A stretch of DNA of 64,000 bases from a candidate division WOR-3 bacterium (GTDB lineage Bacteria > Hydrothermota > 32-111), in assembly GCA_039804105.1 (NCBI GenBank), contig JBDRZU010000002.1, forward strand, positions 256,001 through 320,000, read 5' to 3'. Under the pieces are notes generated by a model, which searched no databases, was not told the DNA's origin, and saw only the letters and a list, made by a program, of their open reading frames with translations. A program made the position numbers and the translations under genes. Position 1 is the first letter of the stretch, and every line of letters begins with the position of its first letter. This document shows positions 39,244 through 50,381 of the stretch, in pieces.

Positions 39244-40180
39244 TTTCTAAAACCTTGTAATAAAATTCTCCATCAAATTTGTCGATCTTTAATTTATCTT
39301 TCAAATCCCTTTCAAGTTCCTCAATAATTATTTTTAACCTTTCAGAATCTATTCCCAAAGAGACAGATATCTGATCAAAAGTACATGGTCTTCTTTTTAA
39401 AAGTTCTTTAACTTCATCTTTACCAACATTGGTTTTATTGTTCATATCTTTTCCAGAAAAAATAAGATCCAGCTGAACAAAATCTCCCAAAAGATTTTTT
39501 ATCCTTTCTTTATCATCTTCACCTATAGGTTTCGCTTCACTGTATGCTGGAGGTCTTACAACAGTATTTATCTGAATTTTATCAACCCTCATCTTTTCGA
39601 TGACTTTTCTTAATCCGATAAGATCGTTATCTGAGTCATTTACACCTTTAACAAGCAATATTTCAAGAAAGATTTTTCCTCTGTAATCTTTAGAAAACTT
39701 TATCAAACCTTCTATAATGTTTGAAAGTTTTAATTCTTTGTTTGGTTGATTAACTTTTACAAACGATTCCTCACTAACCGAATCAAGAGATGGAATCACT
39801 ATATCAAACCCCATAGATTCTATTCTTACATCCTCTCTAAAGAACAATGATCCATTTGTTAAAAGTGTTATGGGCAGTGTAGTTATTTTTTTAACTTCAT
39901 TTAAAATTTTTCCCATTTTTATGTTGAGTGTTGGTTCTCCTGATCCTGTAAAAGTTATACAATCTATTCTTCCAGTGTAATCTTTTAAAAATTTTTCAAT
40001 TTGGGAAACGATCAACTCGTCGTTATGAAAATCTATTCTTTCAACTATATTATTTGTTGTTTTTCCTACTTCACAATAGATACAATCATAAGTACAATAT
40101 TTTTTTTCAACAAGATCTATACCTAAAGAGTAACCTAACCTTCTCGACGGAACAGGTCCAAAAATATATTTTTTATTCAT
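39236..40180 (-). CDS. Radical SAM protein
   Basis: FGPVPSRRLG.SLG, CTYDCIYC, GSGEPTL. Confidence 0.9.
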   Translation of the reverse strand: MNKKYIFGPVPSRRLGYSLGIDLVEKKYCTYDCIYCEVGKTTNNIVERIDFHNDELIVSQIEKFLKDYTGRIDCITFTGSGEPTLNIKMGKILNEVKKITTLPITLLTNGSLFFREDVRIESMGFDIVIPSLDSVSEESFVKVNQPNKELKLSNIIEGLIKFSKDYRGKIFLEILLVKGVNDSDNDLIGLRKVIEKMRVDKIQINTVVRPPAYSEAKPIGEDDKERIKNLLGDFVQLDLIFSGKDMNNKTNVGKDEVKELLKRRPCTFDQISVSLGIDSERLKIIIEELERDLKDKLKIDKFDGEFYYKVLENE

Positions 40181-40223
40181 AGATTGCAATTATAACATAA
40201 AGAAGTTAAAAGTCAAATTGACA

Positions 40224-40625
40224 CTACTGGATAACCAAAGATCCTGCTATATACCATCTATCCTTTCTCTTAATAAGGATGTGCTCCATATTGTTAAAAA
40301 TTTCATCTTTCCCCTCTATTTGAAAAACCATTCTTGTAAAAACATGTGCTGTCTCAGAAGATAGAGAAATGATTGAAAAACTATCTATTTTACTTTGAAC
40401 ATTTACACTGTTAAAAATAAATTCCACAGTGTTTTTTGTAGAGTTGAATTTAAAAGTATCCTCAGGATCGATGGTTTCCATATATCCACTTATATCTTTT
40501 CTGTTCATAGAATCGGTATTTTTATAAATAACATCTCTTATCAATTCTGGATCATTTTCTTTTATTTTTTCACAGGAAGAAAAAACAAACAAAACAAGCA
40601 ATACAAAAAAAATTTTTTTCATCAT
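40224..40625 (-). CDS. Lipoprotein, NTF2-like
   Basis: Lipobox FSSC, C-terminal K..RWYI. Confidence 0.65.
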   Translation of the reverse strand: MMKKIFFVLLVLFVFSSCEKIKENDPELIRDVIYKNTDSMNRKDISGYMETIDPEDTFKFNSTKNTVEFIFNSVNVQSKIDSFSIISLSSETAHVFTRMVFQIEGKDEIFNNMEHILIKRKDRWYIAGSLVIQ

Positions 40626-40637
40626 CTATAACTCCTT

Positions 40638-41843
40638 TTAAAAAATTAGATTCATAAAAAATGGAATCAAAATTATAGGTAAAGTCGATGGAAGTAATAT
40701 TCTATAAATTTTAGACCAATCAGCCTTATAATATTCCCTTGTTAAAGACAAACATAGATGGACAGGTGAAAGCAAGACACCCAAAAAACCTGAAGCATAA
40801 AAAAGTGTAAGTTTTATAAAATCAACCGAACCATTCTCTTTTAAAATGACAGTTGAAACCAATGGTAGAAGTATACCAACATACGCTTGATTTACTCCTG
40901 TAAACATCCCAACAAGTATAGGCAACATAACAAGAAGTAAATAATAAGTTGCTTTGTAATTTTGAAGAATAAGAAAATTATCCTTTATTATCTGTGAGTT
41001 AGAAAAAAAATCTTTAAAAATCATAACACCAACTATCAGAAATATCATATCAAAAGAGAAGGATTTAAAAAATAGTTCAATCTTTCTTTTAATATCAGTT
41101 TTCAAAAAAAGAAGGAACAAAAAGGAAACAAAAAAAACTACCACTTCCTCTTTTACATTTGAGAACAGAATCAAAACTACTATTATAAAAACTGGAAGAA
41201 AACCTTCAACTACATTGAATAAACTCTTTGTTAAAGGTATCTTTCTTTCGACTTTAACATTCTTTAATCTTTTTATGTAAACTATACCTATAGTGAAAGC
41301 TATTATGGTTAAATAAAACTGATATTTCATGACCATTTTTATCGGTACATTCAAAATGTTTGAGGTTAAAATTAAACCTGGATACAATGGCCAGAAATAT
41401 TCCCAGATATGTCTAAACCAGTAATTTATAAAAGTTTTTTGTTCTGGTTTCAATTCTATCTTATCACCTAAATCGTTCACTATTTCTGCTGGGAAAAGTG
41501 CTCCACCTGGCATAGGCAAAAGTCCTATAAACATTGGAGGAAAAATTATAGCGTATTTTACATCTCTGAAGATTTCAAGCAAACTATCGGATAATACTTT
41601 TATACCCTTTTCTTTTATAACATTTGAAAGAAGTAAAACCGAATAGATTATTATTACAGTTTTTATCGTTGTATATGAAGTTATAGATTTGATAAAAACT
41701 TTTCCTATCTCTGCAAACCCGGAATAAAAGAAAATTCCAACAAAAATAGAGGATACAAGAAGAGATATACCAATATTGATTTTCAACCTTAAGAAAAGAA
41801 CAAAAAGTATCAGAATGAAAAAAATTTTTCCCCAGAAAAACAT
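40638..41843 (-). CDS. DUF401 family membrane protein
   Basis: GLLPMPGGA, NYWFRHIWE, SPVHLC. Confidence 0.85.
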   Translation of the reverse strand: MFFWGKIFFILILFVLFLRLKINIGISLLVSSIFVGIFFYSGFAEIGKVFIKSITSYTTIKTVIIIYSVLLLSNVIKEKGIKVLSDSLLEIFRDVKYAIIFPPMFIGLLPMPGGALFPAEIVNDLGDKIELKPEQKTFINYWFRHIWEYFWPLYPGLILTSNILNVPIKMVMKYQFYLTIIAFTIGIVYIKRLKNVKVERKIPLTKSLFNVVEGFLPVFIIVVLILFSNVKEEVVVFFVSFLFLLFLKTDIKRKIELFFKSFSFDMIFLIVGVMIFKDFFSNSQIIKDNFLILQNYKATYYLLLVMLPILVGMFTGVNQAYVGILLPLVSTVILKENGSVDFIKLTLFYASGFLGVLLSPVHLCLSLTREYYKADWSKIYRILLPSTLPIILIPFFMNLIF

Positions 41844-42757
41844 TACTCTCCTAAATTTAAAAGTGGAACAAGATTCTTATCAAATGGAAGAATAACTATT
41901 TTAGAATTTTGCGTGTTCAAGAGTTCTTTAAGATTTTGAATGTAGTACCATTGCAAATATTGTTTATTTAAGGATTCAGAAATCTTTTTCTGTGCCTGTG
42001 CTATACCTTCAGCTTCAATAAGTTTTCTTTCTTTTTCTTTCTTCTCCTTTTCAAGTATATATATCATTTTTTGAGATTCCTGTTCTGCTGCTATCTTTTC
42101 ATCTATTGCGTTTTTAACCCTTGTCGGAAGATCTATGTTTCTTAACAAAACTTTGTCAACGACTATACCTTTTTCACCAAGGTTTGAATAAAGTTCATCA
42201 AATATCTTTTTGGATAACTCTTCCCTTTTTTCCGAGAAAATTTCTGAAACGTTGTAAAGAACCGTCGCATTCCTTATCGAAGTTCTTATCGCTGGTCTTA
42301 CGATCTTTTCAACATAGTTTGTTCCGATGTTTTGATAGACATCAACAGCCCTCAAAGGGTCGAGTTTATACCATACACTTATGTCAAGAGAAATTGTCAA
42401 TCCATCCTTTGTCAGAGATGTTATAGCATCATCACCTTTTTTTACACCTTCTTCTTTCGCAATCGACATAGTATAATCCTGCGTTCTTACATCCATCATA
42501 ACAACTTGTACCAAAGGGAAAACAAGATGCAATCCATTTTTTAGAACTTTCTTATCAAGGTTACCAAAAAGGATTTGAACTCCAACATATCCAGGTTGAA
42601 CGATTCTAATGGAACTTATAAAAATAAAAAAAGTAAGAAGAACTGTGAGAACTATAATAAAATTTTTTCTGTTTACATATTTGATTTTCAATCCAGAATT
42701 ATAAGCGATTATATAACCAATAACCAAAATCATTATAAAAACAATAATAAAGAACAT
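41843..42757 (-). CDS. SPFH/prohibitin family protein
   Basis: GYVGV, TKDGL, LRNIDLP, AEGIA. Confidence 0.9.
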   Translation of the reverse strand: MFFIIVFIMILVIGYIIAYNSGLKIKYVNRKNFIIVLTVLLTFFIFISSIRIVQPGYVGVQILFGNLDKKVLKNGLHLVFPLVQVVMMDVRTQDYTMSIAKEEGVKKGDDAITSLTKDGLTISLDISVWYKLDPLRAVDVYQNIGTNYVEKIVRPAIRTSIRNATVLYNVSEIFSEKREELSKKIFDELYSNLGEKGIVVDKVLLRNIDLPTRVKNAIDEKIAAEQESQKMIYILEKEKKEKERKLIEAEGIAQAQKKISESLNKQYLQWYYIQNLKELLNTQNSKIVILPFDKNLVPLLNLGE

Positions 42758-43357
42758 TTATCCTCCTTTTTTAACTCTGTTAAAGATTTCCTGAACATCT
42801 TCAAAATTAAACCCTTTTCTATAATATTTTTGAACAAGTTTCTCATCCAATCTTTTTTCTCTCCTTATTAAATTTTCAAGAACATTTCTTTCATCATAAT
42901 CCTCAAGATATTCTTTTAAAAAAATATTATCCAAACCCTTTTTGAATTTTAAATATAATTTGGATTCTATTTCTTTTTTTGAATATTTTTGTTGAGATTT
43001 TAAATAATCAAGATAATCTTTTATAAATTTGCTATCATCGACCAGTCCATTCTCTTTTAACTCATTCAACAAACTTTCTATCGTTTCTTTGTCAACTTTT
43101 CTGAAAAAAAGTTTATCCCTTATCTGGTTTTCTGTGTAGCGTTTTTTAGAAAGTATTCTGTAAATATATCTTTTTGAGTCAAATATCTGTGTTTCTTTTT
43201 TTACAGATTCAATCCAGTTACAATTTACTTCTTTCCCAGCAAAAATATCAAATTTTAGTAAAAGTTGATCATATGTTGAAAAAGAATATCCTCCATCAAC
43301 AAAAACATTAACTTTCTCTTTATTTTTCTTTGCTCTCTCGATTTTTGTTATCTTCAA
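42758..43357 (-). CDS. recX: Regulatory protein RecX
   Basis: Follows recA; GLVDD..F, RKGF. Confidence 0.8.
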   Translation of the reverse strand: MKITKIERAKKNKEKVNVFVDGGYSFSTYDQLLLKFDIFAGKEVNCNWIESVKKETQIFDSKRYIYRILSKKRYTENQIRDKLFFRKVDKETIESLLNELKENGLVDDSKFIKDYLDYLKSQQKYSKKEIESKLYLKFKKGLDNIFLKEYLEDYDERNVLENLIRREKRLDEKLVQKYYRKGFNFEDVQEIFNRVKKGG

Positions 43358-44345
43358 CTATCATCCCCAGTGCTTTTCTTATTTTTAATTCGATCTCATC
43401 CGCTATTTTTTTATTTTCTTTTAAAAATTGCCTTACATTCTCCTTCCCTTGACCAAGTTTTATATCACCATAGGAAAACCATGCACCTGTCTTTTCAATG
43501 ATGTTTAAACTCGTTCCAAGATCAACGATTTCACCATCTTTAGATATACCTTCTCCAAAATATATTGACACAAGAGCTTTTTTGAAAGGTGGTGCAACCT
43601 TGTTCTTAACGACTTTAACCTCTATGTTGTTTCCAACTTCATCTTCACCAACTTTTATAGAACTTATCCTTCTTACTTCTAATCTCACGGATGCATGGAA
43701 TTTGAGAGCCAAACCTCCAGGAGTTGTCATCGGATTTCCAAACATCACTCCGATTTTGTATCTGACCTGATTGATGAATATCACAGCAGTTTTGGATCTG
43801 TTGATAACGGCTGTCAACTTTCTCAACGCCTGTGACATCAACCTCGCCTGTAATCCCATATGGGAATCACCCATATCACCTTCTATCTCAGCTTTTGGAA
43901 CAAGAGCAGCGACAGAATCTATCACAACAACATCAATACTCCCACTGCTCACAAGTTTTTCTGTTATCTCAAGTGCCTGTTCTCCAGTATCAGGTTGGGA
44001 TACTAAAAGATTATCTATATCGACTCCAATCTTTGTAGCATACACAGGATCAAGTGCATGTTCAGCATCTATATATGCTGCCATTCCCCCATTCTTCTGT
44101 GCCTGTGCCACAACCTGCAATGCGAGTGTCGTTTTTCCACTTGATTCTGCTCCATATATTTCAACGATTCTTCCTCTCGGAATACCACCAACACCGAGTG
44201 CAGCATCTATAGCAATCGATCCAGTTGAAATGATATCTCCCGCCATCATCGCTTTATCACCAAGACGCATTATCGCACCTTTCCCAAAATCTTTTTCTAT
44301 CTGTTTGAGTGTCATTTCAAGTGACTTCATTTTGTTGTTATCCAT
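43320..44345 (-). CDS. recA: Recombinase A
   Basis: [25 protein letters not shown]. Confidence 0.99.
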   Translation of the reverse strand: MDNNKMKSLEMTLKQIEKDFGKGAIMRLGDKAMMAGDIISTGSIAIDAALGVGGIPRGRIVEIYGAESSGKTTLALQVVAQAQKNGGMAAYIDAEHALDPVYATKIGVDIDNLLVSQPDTGEQALEITEKLVSSGSIDVVVIDSVAALVPKAEIEGDMGDSHMGLQARLMSQALRKLTAVINRSKTAVIFINQVRYKIGVMFGNPMTTPGGLALKFHASVRLEVRRISSIKVGEDEVGNNIEVKVVKNKVAPPFKKALVSIYFGEGISKDGEIVDLGTSLNIIEKTGAWFSYGDIKLGQGKENVRQFLKENKKIADEIELKIRKALGMIVEDNKNRESKEK

Positions 44346-44347
44346 AT

Positions 44348-44914
44348 CTATACCTCCTGATTTATTTCATGTAGTGGAATGTAGAACGGTTGATTATCAA
44401 CAAATTTTGATTCGTATAAAATAAGTGTATTGATAAAATATCTTTTTGGTTCAAAAAAAGTTTTCTTTTCATTTACAAACTTGTACAATAGATTTCCATC
44501 ATATCCTTCTTTTATCCTTGCGATTGTTATGTGCGCATTGAAGCTTTTTCTATCAAAGTCGATTCCCTTTTTTATAAGATTTTCCCTTATCGATCCAACA
44601 GTATCTTTAAGTTCATCTGAAACTTCAAGAGAGTAAAAAAATATTGCTGGATAGTTGTTTTTATTAAAGAATTTTAACCCTTCACCTTTTAACTGCATAG
44701 ATTTAAAATTAACTGAGTTCATAACTTCGATTATCTGGGGAACAATTTTTTCGTCAACCTGACCTAAAAATGCAACAGTTATATGCATATTTTCTGGCTT
44801 AACCCAGTTGACACCTTTCAGATCGAGATTATTTCTTATCTTGTGTTGAACAAGCAAAAGTTCGTTCTTCAGATCGGATGGAATTTTAAAAGCGATGAAT
44901 AATCTTTTACTCAT
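44348..44914 (-). CDS. thpR: RNA 2',3'-cyclic phosphodiesterase (2H family)
   Basis: RLFIA and two HIT motifs. Confidence 0.9.
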   Translation of the reverse strand: MSKRLFIAFKIPSDLKNELLLVQHKIRNNLDLKGVNWVKPENMHITVAFLGQVDEKIVPQIIEVMNSVNFKSMQLKGEGLKFFNKNNYPAIFFYSLEVSDELKDTVGSIRENLIKKGIDFDRKSFNAHITIARIKEGYDGNLLYKFVNEKKTFFEPKRYFINTLILYESKFVDNQPFYIPLHEINQEV

Positions 44915-46091
44915 CCTTTATCCTCCTTAAAATTGAAAACATTGATAGATTAATAGATTTTTTTCTAACAACATCTCTGCTTCCTGAAAAAAGATACTTT
45001 TCAGTTTCAACTTTACCTTTATAAAAAGTTGAAATAAAAACGGTCCCAACCGGCTTTTCAACACTTCCACCTGATGGTCCAGCTATACCTGTTATTGAAA
45101 CGGAAATATCCGATTTAAAAATTTTAGCACAGTTTTTTGCCATATTAGAGGAAACCTCTTCTGAAACAGCTCCATATTGTTTTAAAAGTCTTTGATCAAC
45201 TTTCAGCAAATTCTTTTTTGACTCGTTTGAATAAACAACCACTCCTCCAAGAAAAAAACTACTCGATCCTTCAACATCGGTTAACTTTTTAGCTAAAAAA
45301 CCTCCTGTACATGATTCTGCAACAGAGAGTGATAAATTTCTTTTTTTCAATTCTTCTTTTAAATATACCACCAAACTCTTCGAGCCAGTTTCAAGAAAAT
45401 CTTTATTAAATTTTATTTTCAGAAATTTTAAAATATCCCTATCTGGAAAAAAAAGATCGATAAATCCAAAAGATGGATAAAAATGGACTTTCGATAACCG
45501 TTTTGAATCAAATTTTTCTTTTAAAACTTGGTAGATATAGCTTTCTGTTGTGTTAAAAATTTTCAGGTTGTACTCAACTGTGATTTTTTTATCTGGAATC
45601 AAGTTTTCAAGGACATTCTCTATTATCCACTCTACTTCCCTTACTACACCAGGTAATAAAAATATTTTAACTTTACCATATTTCAAGAAATGACAGAACG
45701 CTATCCCTGCTTTGTTCTCAAAAATTTTCGAACCTTCGATTATTCTTGATTGTCTGTTGATTATATCATCCGATACATTTTTCATTTTCTTTGATGCCTT
45801 CCTAAAAATTTCTTCAGAAAAAACAACTTTTCTTCTTAAAGAACTCGCAACAGCATCAAGTGTTATATCATCAGGTGTTGGACCAAGTCCGCCGGTTATT
45901 ATTATAAAGTTTGAATCTTTTAGTAAAATTTTTAAAACATGATCGATACTTCGGTAATTGTCTCCAACAATAAATTTCCCTACAATTTCATATCCTTTTC
46001 TAATGAAAAAATTTGAAATGATAGATGAGTTACTTTCAGTGATCTGGTTTTTTAAAATTTCATCTCCAACGATTATTATTGAAACTTTCAT
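44907..46091 (-). CDS. cinA: Competence/damage-inducible protein CinA (MoCF-like plus NMN deamidase)
   Basis: GDE, GGLGPT.DD.T, AESCTGG, TGIAGP. Confidence 0.92.
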   Translation of the reverse strand: MKVSIIIVGDEILKNQITESNSSIISNFFIRKGYEIVGKFIVGDNYRSIDHVLKILLKDSNFIIITGGLGPTPDDITLDAVASSLRRKVVFSEEIFRKASKKMKNVSDDIINRQSRIIEGSKIFENKAGIAFCHFLKYGKVKIFLLPGVVREVEWIIENVLENLIPDKKITVEYNLKIFNTTESYIYQVLKEKFDSKRLSKVHFYPSFGFIDLFFPDRDILKFLKIKFNKDFLETGSKSLVVYLKEELKKRNLSLSVAESCTGGFLAKKLTDVEGSSSFFLGGVVVYSNESKKNLLKVDQRLLKQYGAVSEEVSSNMAKNCAKIFKSDISVSITGIAGPSGGSVEKPVGTVFISTFYKGKVETEKYLFSGSRDVVRKKSINLSMFSILRRIKDE

Positions 46092-46528
46092 ATAACCAGG
46101 ATAATCAATTGTGTTATAAGATTTGCAATAATACCAGCCATTATATCATCAAGTATTATTCCGGTTGGGCCTTCAATATTTTCAAATTTATCAAGAAAGA
46201 ATATTTTCGAAATATCAAGATATCTGAAGATCAGTATTGAAAAAAACATGACAAAAAAATTTTTAGGTAAAAACATCACCGATATTAACGCTCCAAGAAG
46301 TTCGTCAACTACTATTTTTCTATCATCTCCAGAAAATTTTTTTGAATTGGATATACTCACATAAGAAAGAAAAAGAATAAAAACAAAAAGATAATAGATG
46401 ATAAAAAAATTAACATTCTTGAAAAAAAACAATAACAAAAAGAAGAGAAAAGATACTATCGTTCCACCACCTTTGATATATCCAATAAAAAAAACCGTAT
46501 TAACGATTGAATATAAAATCTCTATCAT
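46088..46528 (-). CDS. pgpA: Phosphatidylglycerophosphatase A
   Basis: VVDE..G, FR..DI.K, GI.LDD..AG. Confidence 0.85.
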   Translation of the reverse strand: MIEILYSIVNTVFFIGYIKGGGTIVSFLFFLLLFFFKNVNFFIIYYLFVFILFLSYVSISNSKKFSGDDRKIVVDELLGALISVMFLPKNFFVMFFSILIFRYLDISKIFFLDKFENIEGPTGIILDDIMAGIIANLITQLIILVI

Positions 46529-47262
46529 CTGTAAATTTCTGGAATCTTTTTAAGTTCTTTTATCTCTTCCTGTGAAAAAAGTGAGAGATAATTCAGAATT
46601 ATTATTATTCTTTTCTCCTTTTTAAAAATTCCAACACCTTCTATGTATTTCAACTTTTCCTCAGGTAAAAAAGGTGGGATTTTCTTTATATCAGATTTTT
46701 CCATTTTCACAATACCAATAAGTTTATCAACATAAAAACCTATTCTTAAATCATCAAGTTTCATTATAACTATCGATCCATTCTCATTTCTCTTATTTAG
46801 TTTTAAACCAAATTTCTCTCTGAGATCAAAAAGAGGTAGAAATCCTTCTTTGTCATTTAAAACTCCAAAGAAACTTTTACTTTTTATTCCAATATCAAGT
46901 GGATCTTTGTATTTAATTATCTGCTTTACAAGATCTGAATCTATACCATATTCTTCCTCATCCAATTTGAAAGATACATATTCTTTTTCCTCTTCGAACT
47001 CATTCTCTTTTTTTGAAATTTGCTTTTCTAAAAGAAATATGTTTTCTTCCCTTTTTTGTTCAACTGTTTCAAAATCTTGATTGTTTTCATTTATAATATC
47101 CATCTTCCTATCAGAAGAGTTTTCTTCTTTGATCTCTTTTTTCTCATACTCTTCGGTTTTCATGGTACCATTTTCATTTTGTTCTTTGAGTTTTTCCTTT
47201 TTATCTTCAGTTTTATGTTTATCACTTTTGAAAAGAGAAGAAAGGTCAACTTTCTTTTTCAT
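46525..47262 (-). CDS. cheW: CheW protein with charged N-terminal extension
   Basis: F.L..EEYG, GVLN..G..P..DLR, IGFYVD. Confidence 0.85.
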   Translation of the reverse strand: MKKKVDLSSLFKSDKHKTEDKKEKLKEQNENGTMKTEEYEKKEIKEENSSDRKMDIINENNQDFETVEQKREENIFLLEKQISKKENEFEEEKEYVSFKLDEEEYGIDSDLVKQIIKYKDPLDIGIKSKSFFGVLNDKEGFLPLFDLREKFGLKLNKRNENGSIVIMKLDDLRIGFYVDKLIGIVKMEKSDIKKIPPFLPEEKLKYIEGVGIFKKEKRIIIILNYLSLFSQEEIKELKKIPEIYR

Positions 47263-48091
47263 ATTTTTCCCCCAGAATCTCTTTTAATTTGAGTTCGGCT
47301 TTTTGAGCCCATTTACTGAATCTATTCTTTTTAATCAATTCTTTTAAAATTGTAATACCTTTTTTTTCCATTCCTGCGGAGAGATGAACAAGTCCAAGAT
47401 AATAATAAGCTTCAAGATGGTTTGGCCCAAGTTGGATAGTATCTTTGAGAAACTTTATAGAATCATCATACATCTCCCTTTCCATATAGATAAGGCCAAG
47501 ATAAAAGTTCGCATACATCAAAGCAACCCTGTCCTTCGAATTTTTTAAAACATATGTTAAATGTTCTATAGCTTCTCCGTATATGCCTTTTTTGAAACAG
47601 ACAAAACCAAGATTATTTTTGGCAATCGAATTTTCAGGATCTATCTGTAAAACTTTTTGAAAAACTATCATCGCATCATCATATCTTTCCTTATTTATAT
47701 ATGCCCATCCGAGAAGATCAAGTGTTTTAACATCTTTTGGAGCAAGAGAACTTGCCTTTTCCAAAACCTCTATTGCATCATCGTATTGTTCTTCCACGAG
47801 AAAGTTCCACCCTTTATCTATGTAGGTCGATAGATCAACTTTTGATATTCTAATGTTCTGAACAAAATTTTCAAATGAACTCTTATCCATTTTTTTTGTT
47901 TTTAACTTTTTTGCAAGTTCCTTTATTTTTATATCCGTTTGGACAAGAAAATCATTGAGTTCAAGTATTTCTTTATGAAGATTTACTATTTGATTTTTAA
48001 CACTCTTTTCATCATAAGAATTCGTATCGATCTGGGATGATAAAATGTCAATCTCTTTTTCAAGATCTCTTTTAAATTCTTTAAATTTCAT
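47246..48091 (-). CDS. Coiled-coil plus TPR protein
   Basis: About five TPRs after a helical N-terminus. Confidence 0.85.
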   Translation of the reverse strand: MKFKEFKRDLEKEIDILSSQIDTNSYDEKSVKNQIVNLHKEILELNDFLVQTDIKIKELAKKLKTKKMDKSSFENFVQNIRISKVDLSTYIDKGWNFLVEEQYDDAIEVLEKASSLAPKDVKTLDLLGWAYINKERYDDAMIVFQKVLQIDPENSIAKNNLGFVCFKKGIYGEAIEHLTYVLKNSKDRVALMYANFYLGLIYMEREMYDDSIKFLKDTIQLGPNHLEAYYYLGLVHLSAGMEKKGITILKELIKKNRFSKWAQKAELKLKEILGEKYEKES

Positions 48092-49112
48092 TTAAAAGTT
48101 CCTCTATCTTTTTTGCTATATATTTTCTATCTAAAACAAAATCTACAGCACCAGTTTCCTCAGCAGATTTTGGCATTCCATAGATAAGAGCACTCTCTTT
48201 TGATTCCACTATATTTTTTCCATTCATTTTTTTTATAATTTTAACCCCTTCACTTCCATCTTTACCCATACCTGTTAGAACAACACCGATAATTCTATTT
48301 TTAAAATATTTTACTGCAGAAATCATCATTATATCAGCAGATGGACGAACAGAATGGTATGGAGGATCATCCGTATGTATGATGTATCCGTTTTCATCAA
48401 ATACCATGTGTTTTCCACCCTGAGCTATAACACAATCACCATTTAGAAGTTTATAGTTATCATAGGATTCAAAAACATTCAGATTGGATATTGAATCAAG
48501 TCTTTCCGCAAAAGATTTTGTAAAACCAGCAGGCATATGTTGAACTATTGCAATCGCTCCATCGATATCATTCTTTATATTAGGTATTATATCCATCAGG
48601 GATTTAGGGCCTCCTGTTGAAGACGCTATAGCTACAAGTTTTGTAGCTTCAACTCTTTTTTTATTGAAAATTTTTTCATTTTTTTCAATTTCCAAAACCG
48701 ATTGATTCAAATTCATAAGATTGGCTTTTACACCTGTTTTTAATTTCACAATAATTTCATTTTTCTTTTCCTTATAATCTAAAGAGGATGGTTTTTCAAC
48801 AACATCTATTGCTCCAAGTTCAAGTGCTTTCAATGCGATTTTCGATCCAGTTTTTGTATATGAACTAACTATTAGAACCGGTAAACTTTTTATCCTCAGA
48901 ATATGTTGAAGTGCTATAAGACCATTCACTTTTGGCATCTCAATATCGAGTGTCACAATATCAGGATCAACTTCTCTTATTTTATCTATCGCTTCAAGTC
49001 CATCACTCGCTTCAGCAACCACTTCAAAATCCTCATCTGAATTTATTATATCCTTCAAAATTCTTCTAATCAAAGCGGAGTCATCAACCACAAGGACTTT
49101 AAACTTTTTCAA
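48081..49112 (-). CDS. cheB: Chemotaxis methylesterase (REC + CheB)
   Basis: VVDDS, LDIEMP, SSTGGP, QHMP, LTGMGKDG. Confidence 0.96.
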   Translation of the reverse strand: MKKFKVLVVDDSALIRRILKDIINSDEDFEVVAEASDGLEAIDKIREVDPDIVTLDIEMPKVNGLIALQHILRIKSLPVLIVSSYTKTGSKIALKALELGAIDVVEKPSSLDYKEKKNEIIVKLKTGVKANLMNLNQSVLEIEKNEKIFNKKRVEATKLVAIASSTGGPKSLMDIIPNIKNDIDGAIAIVQHMPAGFTKSFAERLDSISNLNVFESYDNYKLLNGDCVIAQGGKHMVFDENGYIIHTDDPPYHSVRPSADIMMISAVKYFKNRIIGVVLTGMGKDGSEGVKIIKKMNGKNIVESKESALIYGMPKSAEETGAVDFVLDRKYIAKKIEELLNEI

Positions 49113-49588
49113 ATGAAAATCTCCCCATTTTTAAACGAAATTACTCTTATGATACCATTTTTCACTGTAAATTCAACAGACCTACTATAATCACTACCAA
49201 CATCTTCAGCAACGATTGGAATCCTCAATTCTTTTAACATTTTTCTTGCCATTTCCACATTTCTATATCCTATAGAATCTTCTACACTCTTTATGAAAGT
49301 TGAAAACATATTTGCACCACCAACTATTTTTGATTCCATCCTGTATTTTTTTGCACCAAGTTGTTCCATCTCTAAAATAAGGTTTGAAAGCCCACTATCA
49401 CAGTATTTGTATGGGTTAAAAACAACATTTGAATAGGTTCGTGAAGGTAACATATAGTGGATCATTCCTCCTATCTTTTTTTCCCTATCAAATAAAGTTA
49501 AAGCAACACACGATCCAAGGCCTATCGTTTTTAAAACATCGTCTTCAAAACCTATATTAGCATCAGCTATCTTTATATTGATTATCAA
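49109..49588 (-). CDS. cheD: Chemoreceptor glutamine deamidase
   Basis: GLGSCV, HYMLP, GGANMF, IG.RN, EDVG. Confidence 0.93.
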   Translation of the reverse strand: MIINIKIADANIGFEDDVLKTIGLGSCVALTLFDREKKIGGMIHYMLPSRTYSNVVFNPYKYCDSGLSNLILEMEQLGAKKYRMESKIVGGANMFSTFIKSVEDSIGYRNVEMARKMLKELRIPIVAEDVGSDYSRSVEFTVKNGIIRVISFKNGEIFI

Positions 49589-50381
49589 TTTTTTTAAAAA
49601 CCCTCTCTTTAATATTTATTGGTTTGTAAAGTATTTTTGTGTTACCTGTTAAAATTTCAACCTTCCCAAGAACAAGAAATCCATCAGGAAGTAAAAGTTC
49701 ATAGAATAAATTGAAAATTTTTTCCTGAAACTCTTTTGAAAAATATATGAGAACATTTCTACATATTATAAAATCAAATTTTCCGAGTGTAAAGAGTATA
49801 TTTTCCTCTTTTATATCAACAAGTTTAAAATAAACATTTTCTTTCAACGATTCATCTATTGAATAATAATCTCCCATCTTTTTAAAATATCTGTTAATCT
49901 CACTTTCAGTCAACTCTATAAGAGAATAATCTTTATAAAGTCCTATATTAGCTTTTTTTATAGCATCCTCATCAACATCGATTCCAACTATTTCATAGGT
50001 GAATTCATTTTTTAATTTTAACCTTTTTATTATCATATTCAAAGAATATACTTCTTCTCCAGTAGAACATCCCACACTTAAAATCCTTATTCTCTTCTTT
50101 TTTTTTATAATTTCGGGGAAAATAATCTCTTCAAGATAATCAAATGTTTCCCTATTTCTAAAAAACCTTGTAACATTTATCGTTAATGTTTCCTTTAATA
50201 TGTTCAATTCCTCTTTATCATTTTTTAAAAATTGTAGATACTCCATAAAAGATTTTTTGCCTGTTGCTCTCATTCTGACCATAAGCCTTCTTTTGAAAGG
50301 TCTCTCTTTGTAAATGTTACCATCGATGCCGATCTTTTGGCTTATATAATCAACAAGAATTTTATAATCTATTTCATCCAT
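49563..50381 (-). CDS. cheR: Chemotaxis methyltransferase
   Basis: NVTRFFR, GCSTGEE, CRNVLIYF. Confidence 0.95.
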   Translation of the reverse strand: MDEIDYKILVDYISQKIGIDGNIYKERPFKRRLMVRMRATGKKSFMEYLQFLKNDKEELNILKETLTINVTRFFRNRETFDYLEEIIFPEIIKKKKRIRILSVGCSTGEEVYSLNMIIKRLKLKNEFTYEIVGIDVDEDAIKKANIGLYKDYSLIELTESEINRYFKKMGDYYSIDESLKENVYFKLVDIKEENILFTLGKFDFIICRNVLIYFSKEFQEKIFNLFYELLLPDGFLVLGKVEILTGNTKILYKPINIKERVFKKIDNQYKDS

